Source: Pelotomaculum propionicicum (lineage in GTDB: Bacteria > Bacillota > Desulfotomaculia > Desulfotomaculales > Pelotomaculaceae). From it: a stretch of 32,000 nt of DNA. The notes under the pieces are model-generated. The model was not told the DNA's origin. It made no database searches and saw nothing but the letters and a program-made list of their open reading frames with translations. Shown piece after piece: positions 31,760 through 32,000 of the stretch. The first letter of the stretch is position 1. Each line of letters opens with the position of its first letter. Position numbers and translations under genes: made by a program. The stretch is taken from assembly GCF_048984525.1 (NCBI RefSeq), contig NZ_JBMGJC010000002.1, forward strand, positions 1,078 to 33,077, read 5' to 3'.

Positions 31760-32000
31760 ATGAGACTTGGGGTAATTTTATTTGTACATGGCATGGGGCA
31801 CAGCGACGACAGGCATTACTGGAAGGAATGGGCGGCGCCGCTCAGGGGGGCCCTGGCCGGTGCCGGCCTGGACCTGCGGGAAGAACAGTTCGGCGGTGTG
31901 TATTATTACGACCTGGTTCCCGGCCCCAGGGAGGAAGGGGCCATATCTGAAGAACTGCTTTCTAAAAAAACTGCCTTAAGGGAGATGGCAATAAATGAAA
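31760..32000 (+). CDS. 5' part of a gene running off the right edge (possible alpha/beta-hydrolase-like protein)
   Basis: ATG 31760 opens a frame to the window end: MRLGVILFVHGMGHSDDRHYWKEWAAPLRGALAGAGLDL.. The ILFVHGMG start is hydrolase-like. It is a different frame from the listed 31782 ORF. Confidence 0.45.
   Translation, partial: MRLGVILFVHGMGHSDDRHYWKEWAAPLRGALAGAGLDLREEQFGGVYYYDLVPGPREEGAISEELLSKKTALREMAINE

Noticed and set aside
31782-31979. 65-aa ORF from the track (Gly/Arg/Trp-rich).
   Set aside because: A different frame starting at ATG 31760 gives a far more protein-like sequence (ILFVHGMGHSDD..) that stays open to the window edge.

Overview
The window looks like a moderately GC-rich Gram-positive chromosome: strong GGAGG-type RBSs, GTG/TTG starts and overlapping ATGA/TAATG junctions. 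A Clostridia/Peptococcaceae-like origin is my inference only. The flanks (1-6.9 kb and 26.3-32 kb) carry ordinary genes: NlpC/P60 hydrolase, HD-GYP protein, NUDIX hydrolase, thrC, a flavodoxin-like NAD(P)H oxidoreductase, polysaccharide deacetylase, Sir2/CobB and a rhomboid protease. They also hold an AT-rich islet next to a pstB ghost, a membrane-embedded Mrr-type nuclease-domain protein, and an odd repeat-rich spacer upstream of cobB. The centre (6.9-26.2 kb) is a one-strand PBSX-type contractile-tail cluster. It runs Xre-like repressor, RinA/ArpU/Xpf-type sigma-like activator, two neck/terminator-type proteins, sheath, tube, XkdN chaperone with a -1 frameshift site, a very short TMP-position gene, XkdP/Q/R/S/T, two XkdU paralogues, two fibre sets, holin, amidase and a second small membrane protein. 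No terminase, portal, protease, capsid, integrase or replication gene is present, so I read it as a candidate R-type tailocin. The most unusual signal is a four-copy ~80-nt element: a conserved box TCTGCAC-N-GTGCCACA, exactly 17 nt, a -10-like hexamer, then a covarying hairpin. It is tied to the activator gene, and two copies drag decayed ghosts of the activator's 3' end. The cluster is a compositional mosaic with pseudogene scars where head genes would normally sit. All functional calls come from motif recognition by eye; no database search was run.
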